Source: an uncultured Chloroflexia bacterium
Lineage (GTDB): Bacteria; Chloroflexota; Dehalococcoidia; Dehalococcoidales; RBG-16-60-22
Direction of reading: 5' to 3'
NCBI GenBank assembly: GCA_963739515.1
Contig: CAVUAO010000003.1
Coordinates: 9,891 to 73,890, forward strand
DNA: 64,000 bases
Every line of letters begins with the position of its first letter. The stretch's first letter is position 1. Shown here piece after piece: positions 16,905 through 26,973 of this stretch. The translations under genes were made by a program, and so were the position numbers. The notes under the pieces were generated by a model. The model did no database searches and had not been told where the DNA came from. It saw only the letters and a list, made by a program, of their open reading frames with translations.

Positions 16905-18295
16905 CTAAACCTTCTTACGTTTCCAGCGCCCCGACTTGAAATAGATGATGAAAATAATCGCCGAGGAGACGGTGTCCGCCACCAGCGCCCAGCGGACGCC
17001 ATACACCTGCAGGTTAGCGATTTTAGGTAAAATAACCGCCAGCGGCACGCGGATGCCCCACATGGTCACGAGGTCGATGATAAAAGCTATCAGGGTATCA
17101 CCAACGCTATTCATAATGCTCATCATGACCATCATTAAACCATTAAACATATAGCTGACCGTCTGGATTTTAAGTAACTTGCCGGCCATATCAACGAGGC
17201 CGGGCTCGGCGTTAAAAATCGTCACGATAGAGTTCGCCCAAATCAAGATAACGATGGATAAAATAAACAGAGGCCGGTGAACAGACCGACGGCAATCCAG
17301 GCGGTCTTTTCCGCCCGCTGCGGCTGCGAAGCCCCCAGGTTCTGCGCCGCCAGGATGCCGGCCGCCGCGCCCAGGCCCATGGCCGGCATAAGAATCAGCA
17401 TATCGACACGGGAGACCAGCATATGACCGGCGATGGCGTCAGTGCCGAAGGGGGCGATAAACCACATGAAAACGATGCTGCCGACGTTCATGTGGATGCC
17501 GCCCAGAGAAGCGGGGATACCGATTTTCACAATGCGCCATATCATAGCCGAATCGAAACTGAAGTGGCGAATGGTCAAGCGCAGGCGCGTATGACCTCTA
17601 AAGACAATCCAGAGGGCGATGGCCGCGAAGATACCCTGGGAAATGACCCCCGCCAGAGCCGCCCCCCGGACGCCCATAGCCGGGAATATTCCCCACCAGC
17701 CGAATATCAGCAGCGGGGAGAGGATGATATTGAGAGCCCGGGTGCCGAGGCTGATTTTCATCGGGGTTTTGGCGTCGCCGGAAGCCTGCATAATCCGCTG
17801 CGCCAGAACGGCGAACGACATGGTGAACGTGCCGATAAGCTCGATGCGCAGGTAGGTCGCCCCGGCGGCAACGACATCCGGCTCGAGCTTCCAGAGACTC
17901 AAAATCGACTTGGCGAAGAACATGCCTATCAGCGCCAGGAACAGCGATAAAGCCGCGCCGACCACGAAAGCCTGCTGGGAGGCATGGTTAGCCTGAGCAT
18001 CGTCACCGGAGCCGACAGAGCGGGCGATAATCGCCTGCAGACCGGTGAAAAGACCAAATATCAGGGAGTTAATGAGCGAAACGATGGTGCCGGACATCAT
18101 CACGCCGGCCATCGGGGCGGAGCCGAGCCGGCCGATCCAGATGGCGTCAATAAAGGGACCCAGCGTCATGACGGTGGAGCTGACGGTCATGGGCCAGGCC
18201 AGCGACCAGAGATTGCCGGGGATACTCCCCTTAGTCCAGTCGCGCAGCATGGGGTTCTTTTCGTTTAGAGGACCATCAGATGCCGCTTCCGCCAA
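16905..18295 (-). pseudogene. MATE-family efflux transporter, one frameshift
   Basis: ORFs 17243-18295 and 16905-17246 join as …AWIAVGLFTGL / ILSIVILIWANSIVTIFNAEPG… The break is in a T/A run at about 17258-17268. Confidence 0.85.
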
Positions 18296-18398
18296 ACTTC
18301 TGCTCCTTTATATCCCGCTAAAAAAATATACAATCAAACGCTCTGAGTAATCTTTTTTATGAAACCGGCATCAGCGCGTTCAAAGTGAGCCGGGGACA

Positions 18399-18480
18399 TG
18401 GGGAAGGGGGGACTCGAACCCCCAAGCATTGCTGCACCAGATCCTAAGTCTGGCCCGTCTGCCAATTCCGGCACTCCCCC
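18399..18480 (-). tRNA. tRNA-Leu (anticodon UAG)
   Basis: Manual cloverleaf: acceptor GGGGGAG/CTTCCCC, anticodon arm CCAGA-CTTAGGA-TCTGG, long variable arm, T arm GGGGG-TTCGAGT-CCCCC, discriminator A. CCA is not encoded. Confidence 0.9.
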
Positions 18481-18534
18481 GCAGGTACTATAGCATTTTA
18501 GATAGCGTGGCTCAAGTGGTAATTTAACGAAATC

Positions 18535-18741
18535 CATCCCCCTTAATCCCCCTTCCTTTGCTAAAGGAAGGGGGAAGAAAGAAAAGATGGGTTTCACCCC
18601 TCTTAAACGCGCCGTTTATCTAAAGGGAGTAGCCCAGCGAGAGGTGCTGGGGCTCCTCTCGTACTCTCTCCCCCTCTCAAACGAATAATATAATCCAAAA
18701 CAAAAAATAATACGGTTTTAGAGGGGGACCAAGGGGGTGAG
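18535..18741. repeat. Cluster of hairpin repeat modules (family 3 in both orientations, half family-1 copy)
   Basis: CCCCCTTAATCCCCCTTCCTTTGCTAAAGGAAGGGGG. GGGTTTCACCCCTCTTAAACGCGCC. Inverted family-3 copy at 18670-18741, ending GGGGGTGAG. Confidence 0.8.
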
Positions 18742-18783
18742 CATGAAGAACCAACGAGTAAAAATAAAACCAAAGACTCCCTA

Positions 18784-18812
18784 TTGACAAGTGACCGAAC
18801 CGGTGCTATTAT
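18784..18812 (+). promoter_or_regulatory. Sigma-70-like promoter upstream of the small membrane ORF and PadR operon
   Basis: TTGACA (18784-18789), a 17-nt spacer and TATTAT (18807-18812). Confidence 0.45.
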
Positions 18813-18913
18813 ACCTAGAACATCTATGTAATATAATAGTCTAGGTATAAGCGACGGCCGGGGCAGCCGTACCGGAACTATAAGAATCCAAAAGAAGGAG
18901 GACCTAAATTACG

Positions 18914-19057
18914 ATGAAATTTACGAGTCTGGCAATCTGTTCTCTCGGCATCTGGGTATTCCTGGGCTCTTTCGTGGATGGAAGCTGGGTCGGCATTGTC
19001 TTCGGCATTATTGCCGCGATCCTGGCGCTCATCGGCGCGTTCGTTAAATCCGAGTAA
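18914..19057 (+). CDS. Small (47 aa) two-TM membrane protein, absent from the ORF track
   Basis: ATG preceded by AAGGAGG at 8 nt. MKFTSLAICSLGIWVFLGSFVDGSWVGIVFGIIAAILALIGAFVKSE. Confidence 0.5.
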   Translation: MKFTSLAICSLGIWVFLGSFVDGSWVGIVFGIIAAILALIGAFVKSE

Positions 19058-19128
19058 AACCCTGTAATTTAAATAAAGATTTCCACGGACGGCTGCCCCT
19101 GCCATGCGCGCCGATATCAGTGCCCCTC

Positions 19129-19157
19129 TTGCAAATATCATTAATCTTTGCTAGTAT
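19129..19157 (+). promoter_or_regulatory. Sigma-70-like promoter upstream of the PadR gene
   Basis: TTGCAA (19129-19134), a 17-nt spacer and TAGTAT (19152-19157). Confidence 0.4.
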
Positions 19158-19208
19158 TGTCGTACATCGAGTATCTAAGTAAAAAATTAAGATAAATAGA
19201 CCAGAGAG

Positions 19209-19559
19209 GTGATTCACGTGGTATCAAAACATGATTTGATAAAAGGAAGCTCAAACTCCCTCCTGCTGAGCCTGCTGGAGCGGCAGGCGATGTACGGCTA
19301 CCAGATAGTCAAGGAACTCGAGGCGAGGAGCCAGGGTTACTTTAAGTTTAAAGAGGGAACACTCTACCCGGCCCTGCACCGCCTGGAAAAAGCGGGACTG
19401 ATAGCCGGGACGTGGCAGATGCTGCCCAACGGGCGGCAGAGGCGCTACTATCATATCACGGCCAAGGGACAGGCCGAGCTGAACGAAGAAAAAGTACAGT
19501 GGCAGGACTTCCTAACAGCCATCAGGATGATACTCCAGCCGGAACTTTCCAAGATTTAA
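19209..19559 (+). CDS. PadR-family transcriptional regulator
   Basis: …LLLSLLERQAMYGYQIVKELEARSQGYFKFKEGTLYPALHRLEKAGLI… The start may be the second GTG at 19218 (SD GAGGTGA). Confidence 0.9.
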   Translation: MIHVVSKHDLIKGSSNSLLLSLLERQAMYGYQIVKELEARSQGYFKFKEGTLYPALHRLEKAGLIAGTWQMLPNGRQRRYYHITAKGQAELNEEKVQWQDFLTAIRMILQPELSKI

Positions 19560-19572
19560 AGAGAGCGAGATA

Positions 19573-20514
19573 ATGACGCCGGAACTGACGCAATACCTGG
19601 AAAGCATCAGGGGCAAAGCCAAGCTGGGGCCTTCGGAGGAAAACGGGGTCATGAGCGAGCTCAGGGCGCACATCGAGGACCGAGTCCGGGAACTGACAGA
19701 GACCGGCCTGAGCGAACAAGAAGCCCTGGACACCTGCCTGGGGCAAATGGGCAGCGCCAAACTGATTGCCCGGCAGATATACGAAACTTACGCCCAGGGA
19801 AGCTGGAAACAGGTGTTGCTCGCCTCTCTGCCCCACCTTATTTTCGGGACGCTGTTCGTGCTTAACTGGTGGCACTACCCCGGCTGGCTATCGATCGTAC
19901 TGGTGGCGATCCTCGCCACGACGATTTACGGGTGGGGACGCGGGAAACCGACATGGCTTTTCTCCTGGCTGGGCTATTCGCTGCTACCGGTACTGGCCGT
20001 GGGCATCCTGCTGCTCTATATCCCCGGTCCCAGGGGTTGGTCGCTGCTGGTGCTGCCAATCTACTTTCCGCTGGCTTTATGGTGGCTCTTCCGCATCATC
20101 GTCCAGACCACGAGACGGGACTGGCTTTTCAGCACGCTGATGCTGCTGCCCCTGCCGATTATCGCCGGGTGGTTCCTCGCCATTTCTTCCGCGGGGAAAA
20201 TCACCGAAGACAGCCTGAAGCGCGTGGACTATTTCGCCCCCTGGATAGGGTTAAGTTTCCTGGTACTGGCGGCGACCATCGCGGCATTCATCCGGCTGCG
20301 GCAGCGCTGGCTGAGGGTCATACTGCTAGCGGCGTCGGGGCTACTGACGCTGACCCTGGTGGTTTACTACGGCACCGGCCGCCTCGACACGCCTACTTTC
20401 TTCGGGCTGATGCTGGTGATGTGGGGGGTCCTGCTCGCCCCACCCCTCCTGGAACGATTCGTCGTCAGAAACAGGCAGGCCATCACGTGGAAAGAAGAAA
20501 AGCGGCCGGTATAG
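19573..20514 (+). CDS. Polytopic membrane protein with DUF1700/HAAS-like N-terminal helical domain (typical PadR partner)
   Basis: N-terminus MTPELTQYLESIRGKAKLGPSEENGVMSELRAHIEDRVRELTETGLSEQEAL, followed by about 7 TM helices. It lies 14 nt downstream of padR. Confidence 0.7.
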   Translation: MTPELTQYLESIRGKAKLGPSEENGVMSELRAHIEDRVRELTETGLSEQEALDTCLGQMGSAKLIARQIYETYAQGSWKQVLLASLPHLIFGTLFVLNWWHYPGWLSIVLVAILATTIYGWGRGKPTWLFSWLGYSLLPVLAVGILLLYIPGPRGWSLLVLPIYFPLALWWLFRIIVQTTRRDWLFSTLMLLPLPIIAGWFLAISSAGKITEDSLKRVDYFAPWIGLSFLVLAATIAAFIRLRQRWLRVILLAASGLLTLTLVVYYGTGRLDTPTFFGLMLVMWGVLLAPPLLERFVVRNRQAITWKEEKRPV

Positions 20515-20609
20515 CCTGAACACCCACCCTGAATAACGGTACTCCGGAGGCACGCCAACAGAAAAAACAGCCATCATCACCGATAATATCGCCGGCGGAA
20601 CGGGAATAA

Positions 20610-21491
20610 GTGGATAAAAACGTTATCACCAAACAAAAGGTCGCCATCGTCACGGACACCACCGCCTGCGTGCCCGCGGAACTGGTAGCCAAGTTCGATA
20701 TCGAGGTAGTGCCGATCAAGCTGTTCGTCGATAACAAGACCTACCTGGACGGCATCGATATCCACCCCAACGAATTTTATGCCCTGCTGCGCCAATCCAA
20801 GAAGATACCCACCACTTCCGCTTCATCGCCGGACAAGTACCTCGAAGCCTTTTGCAAAGCCAGCCTGAAAGCAGCGGGCATCCTCTGCCTGACGGAACCT
20901 GCCAAATTCAGCGCCATGTACAACTCCGCCCGCATCGCCGCGGAGATAACCAGGGAAACGCTCCGCGACAGAGAAATCGAAGTGATGGAATGCACGACCG
21001 CCGCGGCCGGGCAAGGGCTCGTGGTACTGGCGGCCGCCAGGGCCGCCGCAGAGGGCAAAACGCTGGAGGAAGTCAAGGAAATCGCCCGCAAGGTCATGGA
21101 CAGAGTCAACCTGCTGGCGACCCTCGACACGTTACAGTACCTGGCCAAGAGCGGGCGCGTCCCGCAGGCCGCCGCGATGGTGAACTCAATTCTCAATATC
21201 AAGCCCGTCTTTACGCTCGACCACAGTGACGCCCATACCGTCGCCCTGCCAAGGACGATGAAAAGCGCCATCAACAAGATGCTCAAACTAATGCAGTCGA
21301 TGGTGAAAAAAGGGCACCCTCTCCACGTGGCGGTGATACACGCGGACGCATTGGAACAGGCGGAGTCTTTCAAGAACAGAATCAGCGCCCAGTTCGTATG
21401 CCGGGAGATATTCATCACGGAGTTCACGCCGGTGATGGGAGTGCATACCGGGCCGGGGCTAATCGGCGTGGCTTTCTACGAAGAAGAATAA
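20610..21491 (+). CDS. DegV-family fatty-acid-binding protein
   Basis: 293 aa. KVAIVTDTTACVP…TSASSP…GVHTGPGLIGVAF is the typical DegV pattern. Confidence 0.9.
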   Translation: MDKNVITKQKVAIVTDTTACVPAELVAKFDIEVVPIKLFVDNKTYLDGIDIHPNEFYALLRQSKKIPTTSASSPDKYLEAFCKASLKAAGILCLTEPAKFSAMYNSARIAAEITRETLRDREIEVMECTTAAAGQGLVVLAAARAAAEGKTLEEVKEIARKVMDRVNLLATLDTLQYLAKSGRVPQAAAMVNSILNIKPVFTLDHSDAHTVALPRTMKSAINKMLKLMQSMVKKGHPLHVAVIHADALEQAESFKNRISAQFVCREIFITEFTPVMGVHTGPGLIGVAFYEEE

Positions 21492-21565
21492 GCGCATTAC
21501 AGAAACTCTCCCCCTCTTAAACGCCCTAGCCAAAACCATCCCAAACCATCTATAATTACGGGAGT

Positions 21566-22150
21566 ATGGACAATTCCGGGGTCGAGGCGGACGTACGGCG
21601 GCTGGTCGCAAGCCTGGGCGAGCTTCCCGGGCCGGAAGCAAAGCCGGCCTTTATCGTCATCAGCGGGCTGCCCGGGACGGGAAAAACCTACCTCAGCCGC
21701 CGACTCGCCGAGCGCCTCCCGTACCCGGTCCTGGAAAGCGACGCCTTACGCAAACAGCTCTTTCCCACTCCGACGTATTCTGTCATCGAAAGCGGCCTGC
21801 TTTTCCGGGCCATCCACAAATTGATTGAGAACCTGCTCGGAAAAGGGATACCGGTCATCCTGGACGCCACCAACCTGACGGAGAGGTACCGCGAGCGGCT
21901 TTACAACATCGCCGAAAAGCGTAACGCCAGGCTTATCCTGGTGGGGGTCAAAGCGCCGCCGGAAATAGTCCGGGAGCGACTAAAAAACAGGGTAATAAAG
22001 AACAACGGCGATAAATCGGACGCGGACTGGGAGGTTTACCAAAAGCTAAGCGCCACCGCGGAAAAAATACGCCGCAGACACTACGCGGTGGACACGTCCC
22101 AAGACATCACACCCGCCGTAGAAAAAATCGTGCGAGAAGTCAACCGCTGA
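21566..22150 (+). CDS. P-loop kinase/ATPase (AAA_33-like)
   Basis: Walker A ISGLPGTGKTYLSR and Walker B-like VILDATN. 194 aa. Confidence 0.75.
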   Translation: MDNSGVEADVRRLVASLGELPGPEAKPAFIVISGLPGTGKTYLSRRLAERLPYPVLESDALRKQLFPTPTYSVIESGLLFRAIHKLIENLLGKGIPVILDATNLTERYRERLYNIAEKRNARLILVGVKAPPEIVRERLKNRVIKNNGDKSDADWEVYQKLSATAEKIRRRHYAVDTSQDITPAVEKIVREVNR

Positions 22151-22163
22151 AAGGAGACAAATC

Positions 22164-23661
22164 ATGGAGATAAAAGCCGCCACCGGAAGCATCGCCGAGA
22201 TTAAAGCCGACGCCATTTTAGTGAACCATTACGAGGGAATGAAACGCCCGGAGGGTGACGCCGTTGCCGCGGACAAAGCCCTGGACGGGACCATCACACG
22301 ACTCATCAAAGACGGAGACATCAAGGGCAAACTCAACGAGGTCAACATGATACACAGCCTGGGCCGGCTGCCGGCCGCCCGGGTGGTCGTGGTCGGGCTG
22401 GGGAAGAAAAAGGAACTCAACACCAATAAAGTACGGGGCGCTATTGCCGAAGCCTGCCGATACCTGCGGGGCAAGGGGGTCGAAAGCATCGCCAGCGGCT
22501 TACCAGGACGCCGGGACCACCGGGATAAAATCCGGGGACGCCGTCCAGGCCATGACCGAGGGGGCGGTGCTCGGGCTGTACGCTTTCCACCGCCACGTCA
22601 CAAAAAAGGAAGACAACTCCGGCGAGATAAAGCAGTTCACGATAGTCGGCGGGGAAAAACGGTCGATGGAACAAGCCATCGAAAAAGGCAAGATAATTGC
22701 GGAAGCCGCCAACTGGGCCAGGGACCTGGTCAACGAGCCTGGCAATTTTATGACGCCGAGGGACATGGCCGAGGCCGCGCTCCAGATGGCTAAAAAATAC
22801 GGGCTCAAGACGGAAGTCTTCGAAAGAGAAAAAATCACGGAACTGGGCATGGGGGGCCTGCTGGGAGTATCACAGGGCAGCCAGCAGCCGCCGCGTTTCA
22901 TCGTCCTCAGCTATAAAGGCAGCCCTTCCAAGGATATAGATTTAGCGTTGGTGGGCAAAGGCATCACCTTCGATTCCGGGGGCATCGATATCAAGCCTTC
23001 GGAGGGCATGGAAGACATGAAGGGGGACATGGCGGGGGGCGCCTCAGTGATGGCGACACTGATGGTCCTGGGGCAACTCAAGCCGAAAATCAACGTCACG
23101 GCGCTCGTCCCAGCCACGGAAAATATGCCCAGCGGGACGGCGATGAAACCGGGCGACATCATCACCGCTATGAACGGCAAGACTATCGAAGTCCTTAACA
23201 CGGATGCCGAAGGTCGCCTTATACTGGCCGACGCCCTGTGCTATGCCAAGAAGCTCGAAGCTAAAGCGATTATCGACGTAGCGACGCTTACCGGCGCCTG
23301 CCGGATAGCGCTGGGAACGATATGCACGGGGGCCTTCGCCAATAACGACGCCCTGGCGGAAAAGGTCGTCACCGCCGGCAAAGAGACCGGGGAATACATG
23401 TGGCAGATGCCGATGTACGAAGAGTACCGGGAGCTGCTGAAAAGCGATATCGCCGATATCAAGAACATCGGCAACAGGTACGGCGGCGCCATTACCGCCG
23501 CCAAGTTCCTCGGGGACTTCGTGGAGGAGACGCCCTGGGTGCACCTGGACATCGCCGGCACCAGCGATACCGACAAGGAAAAGGGCTATATAGTCAAGGG
23601 GGCTACCGGGGTGCCGGTGCGGACACTGGTGAACCTCGTACTGGGAATGGCGAAGCCATAA
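22164..23661 (+). pseudogene. pepA: Leucyl aminopeptidase (M17, PepA), one frameshift
   Basis: The N-terminal domain is in ORF 22164-. The catalytic domain is in ORF 22444-23661 (…VGKGITFDSGGIDIKP…NTDAEGRLILADAL…). The frame changes at about 22485-22505. Confidence 0.9.
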
Positions 23662-23682
23662 GGTTTCAGTAAGGAGAATATC

Positions 23683-24324
23683 ATGAAGATTAAATACCTC
23701 GCCCACGCCGCGTTCCTGATCACGTCCGATGCCGGCGTAAAAATCGTCACCGACCCGTACACTCCGGGCGGAGGCATCAAACACGGGGAAATCAAGGAGA
23801 CGGCGGACATCGTCACCGTCAGCCACGAACACGGCGACCACAACAACACGGCCACCGTCAGGGGCGATCCGAAAATATTGCGGGCGGGCGGGGAAGCCAA
23901 GGGGATAAAGTTCAAAGCCGTGTCTGCCGCCCACGACGATCAAGGGGGGAGCCAGCGGGGCAAAGACACCATCTTCTGCTTCGAAGTGGACGGCATCAGG
24001 GTCTGCCATTGCGGCGACCTCGGCCACGTGCTCAGCGAAGAACAGGTCAAAGCCATCGGCAAGGTGGACGTCCTGATGATGCCGGTGGGGGGCTTCTTTA
24101 CCATCGACGCCAAGACCGCCACGAAAGTCGGCGACCAGCTCAAACCTAAAGTCATCATCCCCATGCACTATAAGACGGAAAGGCTCGACTTCCCCATCAG
24201 CGGGGCCGATGAGTTTACCAAAGGCAAGAACAACGTCACGCGCGTCAGCGGGAGTGAAATCCAACTCAAAGCGGGGTCGCTGCCCGCGTTAATGCAAATC
24301 ATGATACTGAAGCCGTCGCTATAA
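23683..24324 (+). CDS. MBL-fold metal-dependent hydrolase (UPF0173-like)
   Basis: 213 aa. …DIVTVSHEHGDHNN…VCHCGDLGH… motifs are present. Confidence 0.8.
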   Translation: MKIKYLAHAAFLITSDAGVKIVTDPYTPGGGIKHGEIKETADIVTVSHEHGDHNNTATVRGDPKILRAGGEAKGIKFKAVSAAHDDQGGSQRGKDTIFCFEVDGIRVCHCGDLGHVLSEEQVKAIGKVDVLMMPVGGFFTIDAKTATKVGDQLKPKVIIPMHYKTERLDFPISGADEFTKGKNNVTRVSGSEIQLKAGSLPALMQIMILKPSL

Positions 24325-24326
24325 AA

Positions 24327-24956
24327 ATGAGCGAATACTGGGACCAGAGATACGGGGCGGAAGGGCGGATATGGGGGGACAGACCGAGTAAAACCGCCGA
24401 ACACGCGCTGAAATTATTCCGCAAATATAAAGTCAAGACCATCCTGGTGCCGGGGTCGGGTTACGGCCGAAACAGTCGGCTGTTTGCCACCAGGGGATGC
24501 AAAGTCACGGGCGTAGAGATATCGTCGAGGGCTGTCGAAATGGCGCGAGAATTCGACCCGCTCACGCGGACGATGCAAGCGTCCGTCCTTGATATGTCTT
24601 CCCTCGCGGAAAAATTCGACGCCATTTACTGTTTCAACGTGCTGCACCTCTTCCGCGAAGACGAGAGAAAGCTATTTCTGAGGCAATGCGCCGATAGACT
24701 GAAAGAAAAAGGTATCATGTATTTCACCGTCTTTTCCGAAAGAGAAGAAAGCTACGGAAAAGGGCAAGAGACCGAGAAAAATACCTTCGAAAGCAAACCG
24801 GGGCGGCCGGTACATTACTTCAGCGAGGGAGACCTCAGAGAGCATTTTGGAAATATGGAAATAATAGAAACAGGCATCGTGGAAGACCCGGAAGACCACG
24901 GCGGAGGACCGCACACTCATATCCTGAGGTACATCTGCGCGAAAAAGGACTCATGA
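24327..24956 (+). CDS. Class I SAM-dependent methyltransferase
   Basis: Motif I ILVPGSGYGRNS, followed by VTGVEIS and AIYCFNVLH. Confidence 0.8.
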   Translation: MSEYWDQRYGAEGRIWGDRPSKTAEHALKLFRKYKVKTILVPGSGYGRNSRLFATRGCKVTGVEISSRAVEMAREFDPLTRTMQASVLDMSSLAEKFDAIYCFNVLHLFREDERKLFLRQCADRLKEKGIMYFTVFSEREESYGKGQETEKNTFESKPGRPVHYFSEGDLREHFGNMEIIETGIVEDPEDHGGGPHTHILRYICAKKDS

Positions 24957-26239
24957 TAAATCCGAACGACGTTAACCTGATTATCTTCGACATGGACGGG
25001 ACGATTGTCCCCTCGCTGCCGGCGGTCTACGAAGCGATAAAGCGGGCTTTTACCAAACTGGGATGGGCGGTCAACTTCAGCGCCGAGGACATCAACAAAT
25101 TCTTCGGGATGCCGGCGACGGCGGGCAAAGGCGGACTCTACGAGTTCATCACACCGCCCGAGAGCCAACTCACCATTCCGGAAGTCCGGGAAAAAGTGCT
25201 CGAAGAATATCAAGAGACTTTCCCCGAAATGCTGCAGCCCTACCCGGGCGTCAGAGAAACGCTGGAAATTTTAAAGAAGCGAGGCTATAAACTGGCCCAA
25301 TACACAAACGCGTCCGTCCGGTATCTCGACCTGATTATGTCAACCCTGGATATCGGGAAATACTTCGACTACATCGAATGTATCCACGAAAATAACACCA
25401 CCAAGCCCGAGCTGGTGAAGAAAATCAGGGAGAGGTTCGGGGGCGTAACGGCGGCGGTGGTGGGAGACCGGTGGCACGATATCGAAGCCGCTCACGAGAC
25501 GGATTCCTTAGCTATCGGGGCACTTTACGGCTACGGCGGCGCGGAGCCGGAAAAGGCGGATATCACCATTAAAAGCTTTAGTGAACTCCTCGCGATTTTT
25601 GACCGAAAGCGGCCGATATTCGAAAAGATTCTCGGGGAAATCAAGGTGAGAAAAGACAAAAACCGACCGTTCGTCATCGGGATAAGCGGGATAGACGGGG
25701 CGGGGAAAACGGAGTTCGCCGGCGCCTTCGAAAAATTCCTCAATAAGCAGGAATTTAAAACACAGGCAATTCATCTCGATGATTTTCACAATCCCAAAGC
25801 TATAAGGTATGCCGGGAACGACCAGGCGGACAACTACTACCGCCGCAGCTTCAATATCGATTTAATTACGGAAAAGCTGCTGAAGCCACTGAGGCAAAAG
25901 AGGGCTTTTACCACCGGGATGACCCTGCTCGATTACCTCACGGACAAATACGATGTTGAACGGGAATTTTCCTTCGAGCGGGATACCGTCGTCGTTTTCG
26001 AGGGGGTCTTTCTTTTCCGGAAAGAGCTGGCGCCCTATATCGACTATAAAATCTTCCTCGATATTACGTTTGCAGAAAGCAAAAAGCGGTCGCAAGGCCG
26101 GGACGCCGAGGAATATATTGAAAAGTACGATGTCAAATACCTGCCCGCCCAGGCAAAATACCTGAAGGAATACCCGCCCGAAGATACCGCGGACTTAATC
26201 ATCGATAACGCGGATTGGGAATACCCCCGTATAAAATAA
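24953..26239 (+). CDS. Fusion protein: HAD-superfamily phosphatase domain plus uridine-kinase/PRK-like P-loop kinase domain
   Basis: N-terminal IIFDMDGT…VGDRWHDI (HAD motifs I-IV). C-terminal IGISGIDGAGKTEF (Walker A) …VVVFEGVFLF. Confidence 0.8.
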   Translation: MINPNDVNLIIFDMDGTIVPSLPAVYEAIKRAFTKLGWAVNFSAEDINKFFGMPATAGKGGLYEFITPPESQLTIPEVREKVLEEYQETFPEMLQPYPGVRETLEILKKRGYKLAQYTNASVRYLDLIMSTLDIGKYFDYIECIHENNTTKPELVKKIRERFGGVTAAVVGDRWHDIEAAHETDSLAIGALYGYGGAEPEKADITIKSFSELLAIFDRKRPIFEKILGEIKVRKDKNRPFVIGISGIDGAGKTEFAGAFEKFLNKQEFKTQAIHLDDFHNPKAIRYAGNDQADNYYRRSFNIDLITEKLLKPLRQKRAFTTGMTLLDYLTDKYDVEREFSFERDTVVVFEGVFLFRKELAPYIDYKIFLDITFAESKKRSQGRDAEEYIEKYDVKYLPAQAKYLKEYPPEDTADLIIDNADWEYPRIK

Positions 26240-26364
26240 CATTTTTCTAACATATTTTCGGCGCAACCTGCACTAGACTCCACCGACCCCCTACCCACCC
26301 TTGACTCTCTATGATAGAATAATATATAGGGGGTGAATTTGCGTATTTAAGTGAATAGAGAAAC

Positions 26365-26973
26365 TTGGATATAAGCGGAGTTATTTTAGCAGGCGGCAAA
26401 AGCGTACGTTTGGGGCATGATAAGGTTTTAGAGAAGATAGGCGATAGAACTCTACTCGAACGGGCAGTATCCCACATCGATTCGTTCAGTAAAAGCATAA
26501 TTATAGTGACCGCGCAAGAGAGGACCTTTGCGCCTTTGACAAAAAACCCGAAAGTAAAAGTAGTCTCTGACATCTTCCCCGGGCAAGGCTCTTTGGGCGG
26601 CATTTACACCGGCCTGGTGGAATCAAGCTCGTTTTATAATCTTATCGTGGCGGCGGACATGCCCTTCCTGAACGAACCTTTGCTACGCTACATGATAGAG
26701 AAATCAGATGGTTACGATTTCGTGCTGCCGCGAGTCAACGGACTATTCGAACCGCTGCACGCCGTTTACTCCAAGAACTGTATCGCCCCCATAAAGTCCA
26801 TACTGGGACAGGGCAAAAAAATGATCATTGAGCTGTTCAACTACGTAAAAGTGAGATATATCGAAACCGAGGAGGTCGAAAGGTTCGACCCGAAGCACCG
26901 GAGCTTTTTCAATATCAACACCAAAGAAGACCTGGCACTGGCCAAAAAGATAGCCGGAGGGACGGCGGAATAA
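26365..26973 (+). CDS. mobA: Molybdenum cofactor guanylyltransferase
   Basis: …ISGVILAGGKSVRLGHDK…ADMPFL… The exact start (TTG) is uncertain. Confidence 0.85.
   Translation: MDISGVILAGGKSVRLGHDKVLEKIGDRTLLERAVSHIDSFSKSIIIVTAQERTFAPLTKNPKVKVVSDIFPGQGSLGGIYTGLVESSSFYNLIVAADMPFLNEPLLRYMIEKSDGYDFVLPRVNGLFEPLHAVYSKNCIAPIKSILGQGKKMIIELFNYVKVRYIETEEVERFDPKHRSFFNINTKEDLALAKKIAGGTAE

Noticed and set aside
18399-18480. Genomic island or prophage integrated at tRNA-Leu or tRNA-Gln
   Set aside because: There is no integrase, excisionase-integrase pair, phage genes or repeated tRNA 3' half in the window. The only excisionase-type HTH (15203) stands alone next to a regulator.
23044-24264. 406-aa minus-strand ORF; similar long ORFs at 38917-39873, 13513-14421, 7307-8281, 8285-9037, 55871-56623, 32756-33511 and 52380-52943
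   Set aside because: All lie antisense to well-supported genes (pepA/MBL hydrolase, the giant activase gene, the DUF4349 gene, polA, ribBA, the HD-GYP gene, pcrA). They are Arg/Gly/Pro/Asp/His-rich with no recognisable motifs and no SD. These are typical shadow ORFs of GC-rich coding DNA.
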